Translations under genes and position numbers: made by a program | The notes under the pieces: model-generated | What the model was told of the DNA's origin: nothing | What the model saw: the letters and a program-made list of their open reading frames with translations, nothing else | Database searches by the model: none | NCBI GenBank assembly: GCA_002189035.1 | Contig: NEEC01000002.1 | Span: 6,076,001-6,140,000, forward strand | DNA length: 64,000 nt | Direction: 5' to 3' | Source: Utricularia gibba | Lineage: Eukaryota; Plantae; Magnoliophyta | In this document: positions 12,929 to 23,386 of the stretch, piece after piece | Position numbering within the stretch: the stretch's first letter is position 1 | Layout: every line of letters begins with the position of its first letter

Positions 12929-13079
12929 AAGAATGAAATTTGGGTGAGTGAGATTCAATTAGCGGTACTTATGTTTCTTCTTGGAGATGCAAAACTAGGG
13001 TAATGGCTCTTGGGATTTGGGAACTATGATTTCTTAGGTTGAATAAAAAGCTGTATATTTATCAGACAATGGCAACTTC
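12926..13079 (+). pseudogene. Pseudo-SYP5, 5' part (leader intron and first codons ATG GCA ACT TC)
   Basis: Homologous to 5918-6145 with an internal deletion; cut by the Copia LTR at 13080. Confidence 0.85.
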
Positions 13080-16000
13080 TGTTGGAGAATTTGGTTTTGG
13101 GAAGAGGATTTAGAGGCGTGGAGCTTTTGCAAGGAACAGATTGTGAATTGTGGCAAACCTTTTTTTCTTCAGAGAGAATTGTATTGACGTACATTGGTAT
13201 TCTTCTATTTATAGGCTTAACTTTCAACCGTTGGAGAAAATTACCGTTGGAGTACTTTGAGACTTCACTGCTTGCAGTGCCACAGCCTATTCCCTCTAGG
13301 CTGGTTTCTTTACGCAATCTGCTTTCCTTCGGTCTTGGACCGTTTCTTCAACTTGGCTTTTATGGTCGTTGGACTGTGAGTGCAGAGCCTTAGACCAGCA
13401 TGCGCCCAATAACATAAGCCCGGTTTTGCTTCCATCTTCTCCCTTCTTCTCGACAGATTTCACCGATGCTTGACTCTCCTTCGCTGATTCTTCGTTTCTG
13501 CGTGTGCCTTCTTCATTTAGGCTCTGAATTAATTCCTTCATCACACACCAACACTCCTCCTGATGAAGGAATTTGAATTCCGGGCCAGCATCTAGCGGAT
13601 TAGGTCTCAGCCCTAGCATGTTGCGGACTCTGTTGAAGTTCTTCCGGAATAGACAATTCGTTAGGATATGGGCGGCCTGCTCCCCCATAGGTATGCAGTC
13701 CAGTTTAATCTATCCTTCCTTGATGTAGTCCCTAAGCACATGGTACTTAACTTTGATGTGTTTCGTTCTTTCGAACATCATCGGGTTTTTCGCTATGCTG
13801 ATAGCCGATTTATTGTCTATTTTCAATACTACAGGCTTGGTGATGTTGATCTTCAGGTCGTTGAATAGTTTGATTATCCACTGCACATGATTCGCAGCAG
13901 ATGCGCCAGCCACATACTCTGCCTCAGCAGAGGATTAAGTGAATGTGCCTTGTTTCCTGCTATTCCAAGAGAATGCAGCTGATCCCAGGTTGAATAAGTA
14001 TCCCCTCGTGGAATGACAATTGTCTTCATCCCCTGCGAAGTCTGAATCTACGAATCCTTGCAGGTTAGGTTCTGTTCCCTTCTTGAAATATAGGCCGAAA
14101 TTTTGTTGTGGCTTTTAGATAACGAATTATTTTCTTTGCCACATCCAAGTGCACTGTGTGTGGCTTGTGCATGTACCTAAAGAGGAATGAAACTGCAAAA
14201 GTAATATCAGCTCGTGTCGCCGTGAGGTACATCAATGCTCCCACTATTTTCTGAAACTCTTGAGGATCAGTCCACTCATTGTTCTATTGCTTCATTTGCT
14301 GTTTCATTTCAGGAGGAAATGGGACAAAGCAGTTCCTAGCATTGTGCTGTCCAAATCGGGTTATAATGTCCTATGTGTACTTTTTTTGGTTGAGGAATAT
14401 GTATTCCTCTCTTTGCAAAACTTCCATTCCCAGGAAGTAGCAGGTAAGACCTAGATCCACAAGTTTGAATTTTCTCTTCAGAAGTTCCTTTTGTTCTTCG
14501 ATCTGATCTGTATTCCTTACTGTGATAAGTATGTCGTCAACATAGAGAGTAATGATTATCTTATCTCTAGAGTCCTCTAGAATGTATAGCGAGGTGCCGT
14601 TTTTACTTCGCATGTATCCTAGCTCAAGGAAGTAGGAGTCTATGGTTCCATACCATTTTTTCGGCGCCTGCTTTCACCCGTATAGGGCCTTCTTTAATTT
14701 CAGAACCTTGTTTTTTCTTGTTTTGATCTCGAATCCAGGCGGAGGATAGACATAAACATCCTCTTGGAGTTCTCCATTTAGGAAGGCGCTTTTCATATCT
14801 AGGTGATATAATTTCCAACGAAAGCTTGCACCCATTGCCACCACCAGCTTTATGGTGTCCAGCCGAACCACAGGTGCAAATGTCTCTGCATAGTCTATCC
14901 CTGCTCTTTGCATGTAGCCAAGAGCTACCAATCTAGATTTCAACTTGTTTATGCTATAGTCAGGGTTCAACTTCGGTTTTCTTATCCATTTGAGACCGAG
15001 GATTTTGGTATTTGCAGGTTTATCAACGGCTTCCCAGACATTGTGTTTCTCAATGGAAGCGAGTTCCTCATACATTGACTTCCTCCATTCTGGATCTTTG
15101 AGGGCTTCGTGAGTGCTAAGGGGCTCATAGATCAAGAGACACATGTCTAGAATATTTTCGATGTTTCGGTACTTAGGTAGGAGGGGTCTATCACCGTTCT
15201 CGATAGTCTTCATTTTTCCCAGGGCTGGTGTCCATGAGGTGAGGGATGTAGCTGGCATAGAGGTGTCGGTCTTCGTCTGTTTCATGCTAGAGGATCTCGG
15301 AGTCTGAGATTTCTTGTAGCAACCTTGGAGCAAGAGATCAGGGGTGTCTTCTCCAGACTCGAAATTTTTTGATCCTCCAGTAAGATACTGTGCATTCTTC
15401 CTCATTGACTTGTTGTTTTTAGGCTCCAAAGAACAGCAAGTCCCATGCTCCAAGTGCGAGTCTTCAGGATCAGTTGCATCATCTTGAGTGTGGTGGGTGG
15501 AGGGGTATGTGACTCTGTCCAAACTTGAGGGAGGCTGATGCTGTAGGATATCAACTTGGGACAGTTCAGGTGAGCTGATGACTTGATATGGTCTGGGATG
15601 TGCAGGTGGGTCGTCCTCCGCGATGTCAGGGAACAGAGTCAAGAGGGAGGAGTCGTAATCCCAGTGCGTTGACACAAGGGTTGATTTGTTCAAGTCATAG
15701 GTCTTGCTTTCGTCTACGGTTACATCTCTGCTCAGCTCCACTCGGTTGGTTGGTTCTCAAGTTCAAGACTCGGTAAGCTTTACAAGTATCTCCATATCCT
15801 AGCAGAATTCCAAGGTCTGATTTCATGTCTAACTTGGTTCTTTTTTCCTTTGGAATGTGGATGTAGCATAGAGACTCAAATATTTTGATATGAGTTAAGT
15901 CAGGAACCTTGTCGTGCCAGATTTCATAAGGTGATCTGCCATCTTTAGTTCCCTTGGAAGCAAGCAGTTCAGTAGGTAAACGGCTGTGTTTACAGCTTCC

Positions 16001-16245
16001 CCCAGAAGCATGTAGTTATCCCTTTCTCATACATTAAACATTCGGCCATGTTCATGATGGTCCGATTCTTCCTCTCACAGATTCCGTTTTGTTTAGGGGT
16101 ATAGGGAGCGGAGAGCTAATACACGATGCCTTCAGAGTCGCATATGTGTCTCAGTTCCGTAGAAAGATATTCCCCTCCGTTATCTGAGCGCAGAGTCAGA
16201 ATCTTCTTTTCACTGTGAGTCTGAGATAATGCTTTAAGTTTGGAA
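13080..16245 (-). mobile_element. 5'-truncated, degenerate Ty1/Copia retrotransposon (partial IN, RT, RNase H, 3' LTR 13080-13553)
   Basis: [13 protein letters not shown] (IN); YAETFAPVVRLDTIK, LDMKSAFLNGEL, YVDDIL (RT); [12 protein letters not shown]...RTKHI (RNase H). PPT CAGGAGGAG precedes a 474-bp LTR with TGTTGG...CCAACA ends. Gag and 5' LTR absent; multiple stops and frameshifts. Confidence 0.93.
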
Positions 16246-16385
16246 GCCCTTTGAGCGCCCTCATAATCAAGTCTTGTCATATTGTTATTGACCTGAAGCG
16301 AGAAGGGGTTATAACCATATATTCCTAGAGATAGCACCAAATGATACGATAGTTTAGGATTTAGGGTTTATGGTTTAGTATTTGT

Positions 16386-16764
16386 GGTCAACTTTTCTAC
16401 AAATGCAACACTGCGTGTAGAGAAAGCTTGCAATATTGAACATGAGGATATAGAGTAGTTGCTCATATACCACTTTCTTTGCATTTCCAAAGGAATCCAT
16501 CAACTCGCTTAGTCTCCACATAGAAATGATTTGTGTGTAATGTGTATAAACGATGTCTTTTTTAAATCATGAGTTGGCAATTTCTCATCATCATGTTGTT
16601 TTGTGGGTGCTTTCTGGTGTTTTGATGTGTGTACTATGAGCTTTCCTGTTTTGGATGGCACTATCACGAACCAAGATTGGAACTTAAGGATTTGGAGCTA
16701 TTCGGCCACACTTTTCCAGTTCCCTTTTTTAGTAGGGGTGACAACGTGTTGGCGTGTCGAACAG
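16386..16764 (+). pseudogene. Pseudo-SYP5, 3' part (last exon remnant and 3' UTR)
   Basis: Homologous to ~7490-8000 (AAATGCAAC...GAGAAAGCTTGCAATATTGAAC, 3' UTR blocks) with deletions. Confidence 0.85.
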
Positions 16765-17338
16765 TAAAGAGAGGCCACAATTTTTTTTACTTGGAAACTA
16801 TTGAAATGGAAAAACTTCAGAGCTGAAGAAGTTTATCGGGGAAAAGTGTTTCACTAAGGAGAAAAATGGGGAGGTTTACAAAGGTTGTGCAATAAGTCGT
16901 CCTTTATCCCTCAAATGTTTTCCTATTTATAGAAGAAGCTTGCTCAATCGGTTTCTGTGAATGTCAGCTAATTTCTTCGCGTGAAGATTATGTGAACTGC
17001 ACATGTGATCTTGCTAACACATAAACATTATATGCTTTGAGCTCCTACAAGTTGGTTGCTTTTCAGGTCCTATTGAAATGGTTGGGGTTTGACAGTATCT
17101 TTTTCCTACCACTACGGATAATCCATCCAATCTATTGATCGTGAGGGTTCAATTTACGAGATTAGCTGATATCGTTCTTATCGAGTTAGTTGCATAATCT
17201 CTTCCTATGGCCGATTCCCATGACCTTATTGTGCTCCATTTGGATTCTCCAATTGGTGACCCCCAGTTTTCACTTTATGTTGTGCCTTGTCTTTAGGAAG
17301 TGTGTATCTTGTCTTTTATCTCTTCTATATGGCATACA
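16765..17338. mobile_element. Possible LTR relic
   Basis: Non-coding block absent from duplication copy A, with a CTATTTATAG TATA on the minus strand and a ...CA end. No TSD or partner LTR found. Confidence 0.3.
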
Positions 17339-17439
17339 CTGATTTCCAATACCACCACATGTATATACTTTGTGCATTGGATGAAAGTGAAAACAAATTA
17401 ATCACTTCCCAATCTCTTTGATATTCGTTACTTAGGAGT

Positions 17440-17840
17440 ATGTCTTTGCATCTATCAAGGTTATTCAAGCTTATAGTAGACCATACCTGCACTTATTTAG
17501 ATGAATTTATGATGAGTAATGAGGTCTTTGAAAGGTTGTGCATCTTGTTACACGGTTATTTAGGGTTACGAACATCCAAATATGTGATTGTGTCTAAGAT
17601 AGTATCAACTTTTCTAGGGATTGTGGCCCACCATCGTAAGCAGCGCACATAGAAGGCTACATGACATGTTACTAGCGAAACCCCAACCCATGAATGAGAA
17701 TGACATTCAATTCTTTAAATACTTCCCGATGAGCTTTTTAATGCATGGTTTAATCATTGTTTGTGTACGAACAATTTGATTGGATATAGAATGCATTGGA
17801 GGCTCTTGACAGTACATGTGTGGATGTTCCAATAAAACTT
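17440..17840 (+). mobile_element. Degenerate PIF/Harbinger transposase fragment
   Basis: EFMMSNEVFERLCILL...VSTFLGIVAHHRKQR, then a frameshifted CIG-ALDSTCV resembling the CIGALDGTH DDE motif. Confidence 0.65.
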
Positions 17841-17961
17841 GATGTTCAGGGGAGCGAGCTATTGTAATGGGAAGGGTAAAATTTATGTGAATGTAATGAG
17901 AGTTGATACACCAAACTTGAATTTTATATAAATCAACAATACAACCATGTTCTCAAAGTTG

Positions 17962-19011
17962 TTATTTCCCGAACACATGGATTGAGAATTCATAAAGTGT
18001 GGCCATCACCGAGTACTCCTCGTTTATGACCCTAGTGTGAATCCCGTTTCTGTTGATAGGGGGTAAATACAGCCAATCTCCGGTGAAGCCCACAAAGCAG
18101 AGTGTCAACAGTCGCGACACGGCTACCGGCGGTGACCAACCACCGCGACTCGCCACCGCCTTCTTCACCTCGATCTCCACGGCGACGCAAACTCCGTGAA
18201 GTACAAAAAACCCCGTCATCTCCCAAGTGGGAGTGGCACGTGATGCGTAGTAAAAAATCAATTCGTGCATAAGACCTGACACCGAGAACGTCGCAATGAC
18301 TGCTGACCGCCGCGCCCATGTGTCGCCGAGGAGGCGCTTGGAGATACTGCGCACCGGAGAGTAGACGGCGGCGTGGAGGAGTTTCGTGACCACAAGATTC
18401 CATCTCCGGCCCCAGAAATCCTGCAACGACGTCGCTAAATACGGTTCGTCGAACTGCGGGTCGAGGTTGTAGCCGAGGAAGGCTCGCAACGGCGCGGCTG
18501 TGAGTGCTAGAAACAATTCCGATAAGATGTAGAGATGCCAGCAGTACAAAAAAATGATCAGGAAATAATTAAACGATTCTCTGTATTGGAAGAGGCTTAG
18601 AACCACTGCTAAGAGAAAAAGCTTGAAGAAGACCATAAATGTTTTTCGTTTCACAGATTCGCAATCAGTCGGAGATTCGGAGGCTGTTTGACTTTTAAGA
18701 CTGATGGGCAGAAGCCCGACTACCACGAACTGGGTGAGAGAAAGGGTCGGCTCGGCGAGAGGGCCTTTATCAAAGGCGAACAGGAGGAGCTTGAAGTTCC
18801 CGAGAAAGACAAAGTAGAAGAAAGTGGGACCGCCGATATGCATGTAACGGTTGATGCCGAAGGGGAGAGTGGAGAAGAGATAAACGACAGGGAGAAGAGG
18901 GAGGATCCTGGCGCCGCCGCTGGGAAGCCTGCCGACGACCTGATGGGAGAAGATAAGAGAGACGATGCCGATAATCCAGAGTTGAACAAAGGATCGAATT
19001 TCAGGGTCCAT
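17962..19011 (-). CDS. MBOAT acyltransferase copy 3 (349 aa from MDPE), with replaced C-terminus
   Basis: Intact ORF with the same WGRRWNL / GLMHELIFYY motifs; ends LYEFSIHVFGK* instead of (F/V)KSKLSL*. Confidence 0.9.
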   Translation of the reverse strand: MDPEIRSFVQLWIIGIVSLIFSHQVVGRLPSGGARILPLLPVVYLFSTLPFGINRYMHIGGPTFFYFVFLGNFKLLLFAFDKGPLAEPTLSLTQFVVVGLLPISLKSQTASESPTDCESVKRKTFMVFFKLFLLAVVLSLFQYRESFNYFLIIFLYCWHLYILSELFLALTAAPLRAFLGYNLDPQFDEPYLATSLQDFWGRRWNLVVTKLLHAAVYSPVRSISKRLLGDTWARRSAVIATFSVSGLMHELIFYYASRATPTWEMTGFFVLHGVCVAVEIEVKKAVASRGGWSPPVAVSRLLTLCFVGFTGDWLYLPPINRNGIHTRVINEEYSVMATLYEFSIHVFGK

Positions 19012-19030
19012 GGTGAAAGAGATCGAGAAG

Positions 19031-19260
19031 TGTTGGAGAGTTTTGAGAGCTGTTGTAAGTTTCACTTGAAGACTTGCATGATTCCAACTGATTACAGGGT
19101 ATTTGTACAGAAAAATAGAGCCGTTGCCTTGTCTCTATGTGCATGTATTCATTGGGCTGTGGGCTTGTGTGAGTGGGCCTAGGCGTGAGTCCAGCAGTCA
19201 TGACTCTGTATTGGGCTTCTGTCAAGCACAATAAGGCCCAAGTTCTTGAATGAGTGAGTA
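19031..19260 (-). mobile_element. Solo or truncated LTR related to the two Copia elements
   Basis: Begins TGTTGGAGA like the LTR at 13080. Shares ordered blocks (TTGAGAG, CAGGG.ATTT, CCGTTGCCTT, TGGGCTTC, AGGCCCAAGT) with the 446-bp LTR at 49305. Right end undefined. Confidence 0.6.
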
Positions 19261-20435
19261 TTCGACTTATCAGAGCCTATTTGCACAAAGATGGGTGCCA
19301 GGTGCAAGTTTGGGGATGCCTGGGTGCAGGATTATTTTAGTAATTCGATTTTTAGAATGCGTTATATTATCTTTTATATATTAATGAATATTTTTAAATT
19401 AGTTATTATATATGATAAACTAATTTTTGTTAATATGTATATATTTTTTAAAATAATGTATCAAAAACATTAAACAATATAATAAAAATTTTTAATTTAA
19501 AAAAATATGATTAAATTGTAATAGCCTAAACATCAAATTCAACATCTAATTCTAAATCAGGGTCTTCATCTGTGATTTAACTCTTATTATCATTCTCTTA
19601 TTCTTCTCTATACAATGAGACATTGTAAGACTCATAAATCTCTTGTTTTAATGTAGAACAATAGATTAATTAATATTGAAAAGTAACACCAAATTAAGCA
19701 TAATTGACATACAACAATTTGAAAAGTTGTTGACTAAATATAAAGAAAATGTAAAATTTTAAAAATTAGATATCCAAAACATACAATATTATACAATAGA
19801 TGTGTGGATAGTAATATTTTAGGATTATTGAATCTAATCTCGAATTGAACCTATTATTGTATAATATTGATATTCACAATGATTAAGGTAATACCAATTT
19901 ACCATTTGAGTTAACATGTCCATGTAACATGTTGTGTGTTGGAAGCACTCGTAATGAATTTGTTGAAGAAGATGTCGATGGAAAAATAGAAAAGCACTCT
20001 ATCAGTGCTAAATCCATAGACATAGTAATCTTGGTGTTATTAAAATATGGATCAAATGACAATTATGGTATGTATTATGTATCTAAACAATTAAATCTCT
20101 TTATTTATTGCGATTATGATATTATCTTTTTTTATATGATTACATCACAATGTCACCTTTTTTTTTATTTAGTATAGTTTATATCAACCATAGATACCAT
20201 TTGATTACATTCGAATCAATATTTTAATGAGATGGATTCAATTATGTTATTATTACAAATATTTAAAAATGTAATAAGATATATAACGATGAAGATGATT
20301 TTGATGAAAATTTTTAAATGTAATTGTTTAAAATATTTAAAAATATAATTTTAATTTTCTATATTTTTAATATTTTGATATATTAAAACATGATTTTAAT
20401 CTTTCGTTCTCCAGTGCGGGGAGGTTGCGCGGCAG

Positions 20436-21924
20436 TCACGAGATTCCGATGGTCTTTCCGAGCAGCCACAGGAAGAGCGACAGCTCGAAGCAGAAGACGG
20501 TGTGGAGAGAGCTCCTGTCGAGCATGAACCCGTATACCGTGATCCCCGCTCCGTTCTTCTCCAAGTACGACACTGCGCCACATTTTCAGGAACTCAAGAG
20601 TCAGATGGAACGCCCTGATGATTCCCGGCGCAACAGACAAGGCTGCAAGTACGGCGTACCCAAGGCTTGCCTTGTGTGGTATGAGGCTGCATTGTAGGAC
20701 ACAGTCATGCGGTCATCTTCTTCGTCCTCCTGGTGATCCGATTCCTCACCCATCTCGTCGAAGGACTCGATCGTGGCGCAGACGTGCCATTTCGCTGCTA
20801 GTCCGGTGACACCCTGCGCCTTATGCGTGATCCTGGTTGCACTTCTCAGCAGTATCGTCAGCCCAGCAAGGAGGCTCACGGAGCAAACCTGCTCATCATA
20901 GAAATAGCCTTCAGCCTTCAGAAGTGAGAGGATTGCTGCAGCAAAAGGTCTACCGCGAGCTGGCCGGTGTTGCCGATGGTGTCATCGGAGGTGCTGCTAG
21001 TTGTCAGGAGAAGAGCCGCAAAAAGGCTTGCGGTGATGAAACCCAGAGCACATAGAATGAACATCCTGCGCGAAAAATGCAGGGCCTAATGTTCTAACAC
21101 CTGTTGCTCTGAAAAACAATTACCAAACGACCTGAATCTATGGCTGATTATGCGGAGATGCCTCCTGATTGTAAGATGTTCTCTAAGGACAGATTCTACA
21201 TCAGAATCGGCCTGAAAAAGCCGGGAAAAGTCGTGGAGACGGAGAATCTGAAGGTGGCAAGTGAGCCGGAAGAGAACGCAGACGAGGAAGAAGGAGACGG
21301 TTCGGTAGAACCATGAGCAGAGCTCGAGGATGCAGGCCACGGCGTTAGTCCATAAGGGCATCTGGCTCCGGCCGGAGGCGTACCACCAGATTTTGTAGGC
21401 CGCCTCCACTGCGAAACAGGGCAGCACGAAGATGAACAGAAGCTTCAAGGATGTCTGAACCAGGAAGAAAAAATAACTTCAAATAAAAATTAGAAAAAAA
21501 AACAGCGAGGAAAGCGACAAGGAAAGAATAAAGTAGGAGGTCGGTGGCGTACGTTAAACTGTTTGGTGTAATCCTTCCTGACGCTCTCGCTCACTTGGCA
21601 GAGTTTATCGAAGAACAAGAATCGCCGGAGTCCGTACTTCCGAACGAATCCCGACATGCAGATGAAGGACAGGGAGGCGACGGCGCTGAGTGAGAGCTGC
21701 GCCACGGCGTCGTACGGCCGATTATGGCCGTCGGGGAGGACGAAATGCGTGACGGCAGGTACAACCACGGTGAGTCCTAGGAATACGAACCACGAGAGTG
21801 AGGCTCTCCATGGATTCGATTGATCGAAGCATAGCCACTTCAACCATTGCCGGAATTCGCTGAGTTCATCGTACCGGCGAGGGATGCACCGTGAGTGGAG
21901 GAGGAGCGAGGCTTCGTCCGCCAT
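20436..21924 (-). CDS. DUF3537 family plant multi-pass membrane protein, 5 exons, ~390 aa
   Basis: Exons 21924-21553, 21454-21132, 21065-20954, 20888-20660, 20572-20436 splice in frame. Motifs WLCFDQSN, RKYGLRRFLFFDKL, LRIISHRFR, ITHKAQ...AAKWHVCAT, GITVYGF.LDR...LWLLGKTIG. Confidence 0.9.
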
Positions 21925-23386
21925 CGAGGTGAGTAGAAGGTGTTCGATGAAAGTTCCCAATAAATGGGCCAAAAATGGAAAGAAATTGAGTTATCGGATG
22001 AAAAAAGTAAATGCATTTAAAAAATCAAATAAAATAAAATTGGAATCTCATGTGGTTGCACCCATGACATCTCTCGTGAATGCCTCCACGATATGCACCT
22101 TCTTTTGTGGGCCCCATGACACTTAAAGTTAATCACGAGTGAATTTTTAGAATGAATATTTGTTGTGTTTTTATTTGAATTTTAATTATACATTATTTAA
22201 AAAATACGAACGTAACTATTTATTAACATTAAAAAAGACGATATTAGCCTTGGGATGTGAGAGTCACTGGGGCAGGTCAGGAGGGCAAAAATATGAATGA
22301 AGTTTTATCATTTCCCACCAATCCTTTTTTGGTTTGTTTGTTTCTTCAATTCTCGATTTTCTTCTCTGAAGTTTAGGCTCCGTAATCCAATTGGCTCTTC
22401 TTCTTGTACCTTGGGATTGTGTGTTTGAGGTGATGGATGGCAGTGAAGCGGTTGCGGGGGGCTCTCAGAGCTTCGGCATGCGTATGTATTTTGTATCCCA
22501 TGCATAATCTTGTTTCTCCATTACTTTTATGCTTGCCAATCATGGGGTGCCTGTCTTTTCAAATAAGCCAGTGATTTCCTGTAAGCTAGGAGATTTTATG
22601 ATGAAATGCTTTAACAGAAACTGGAAGGATCCCCTATATTGGGACCAATGGATTTAATATTCTCTTACAAAGCATGCTTGAGTTTATTGAGAAGTGGCAT
22701 TATCATTTTCTGAAGCAGGGTATCGTTTTTATTGCAAACATGGGTTATGCCACTGCCAAGAAATCTAATGTGGGAAACGCAGGTTATGCACGATGCTACT
22801 GGCATCAGACTTCATGTTGGTCGGCAAGCGGAGGTGAGGCTCATGTAAACAGAATACCATGTCTTCTTCCTGAGAAGCTCACCCTGAAAGAATGGAAGGT
22901 ATGCTGCACCAGGGATAATCATCCAACACTAGAGTTTGTGCACTCAGTGCCTTATGCTTTCTTCCTGTGCTGCATCCACTGTAAGTGGATTCGGGTTTAG
23001 CCATGCCCACATTTTAATCACATGACCCGAGTAGCATGTCAATTGTCAAAGTAAAGAAGATTTAACTGTGGCTGTGCAGCCATACTGGTTACTGGTTATC
23101 AGTTATGGAATTATTTAATCCTTTTGTGTATTTTGTCCAATTTATGAATTTAGCACTAGCAAAATCGAGCATCAATACAAAGAAAACCAGCAGTTGTAAC
23201 ATTTCCTCCAATACCTGGTTGCTACTTTTCAACTGTCCAAAAGAAAAGAACAAATACCTCATTCCTAACTGAACTATTTCACAATTGTTGGACATGAAGC
23301 ACATTCATCGAACCACAAGAAACTTCGGACACTCATACAATAACCTGGTTTTTTCTACTGTGCTGTCCTTGCTGACCACCCGACGA

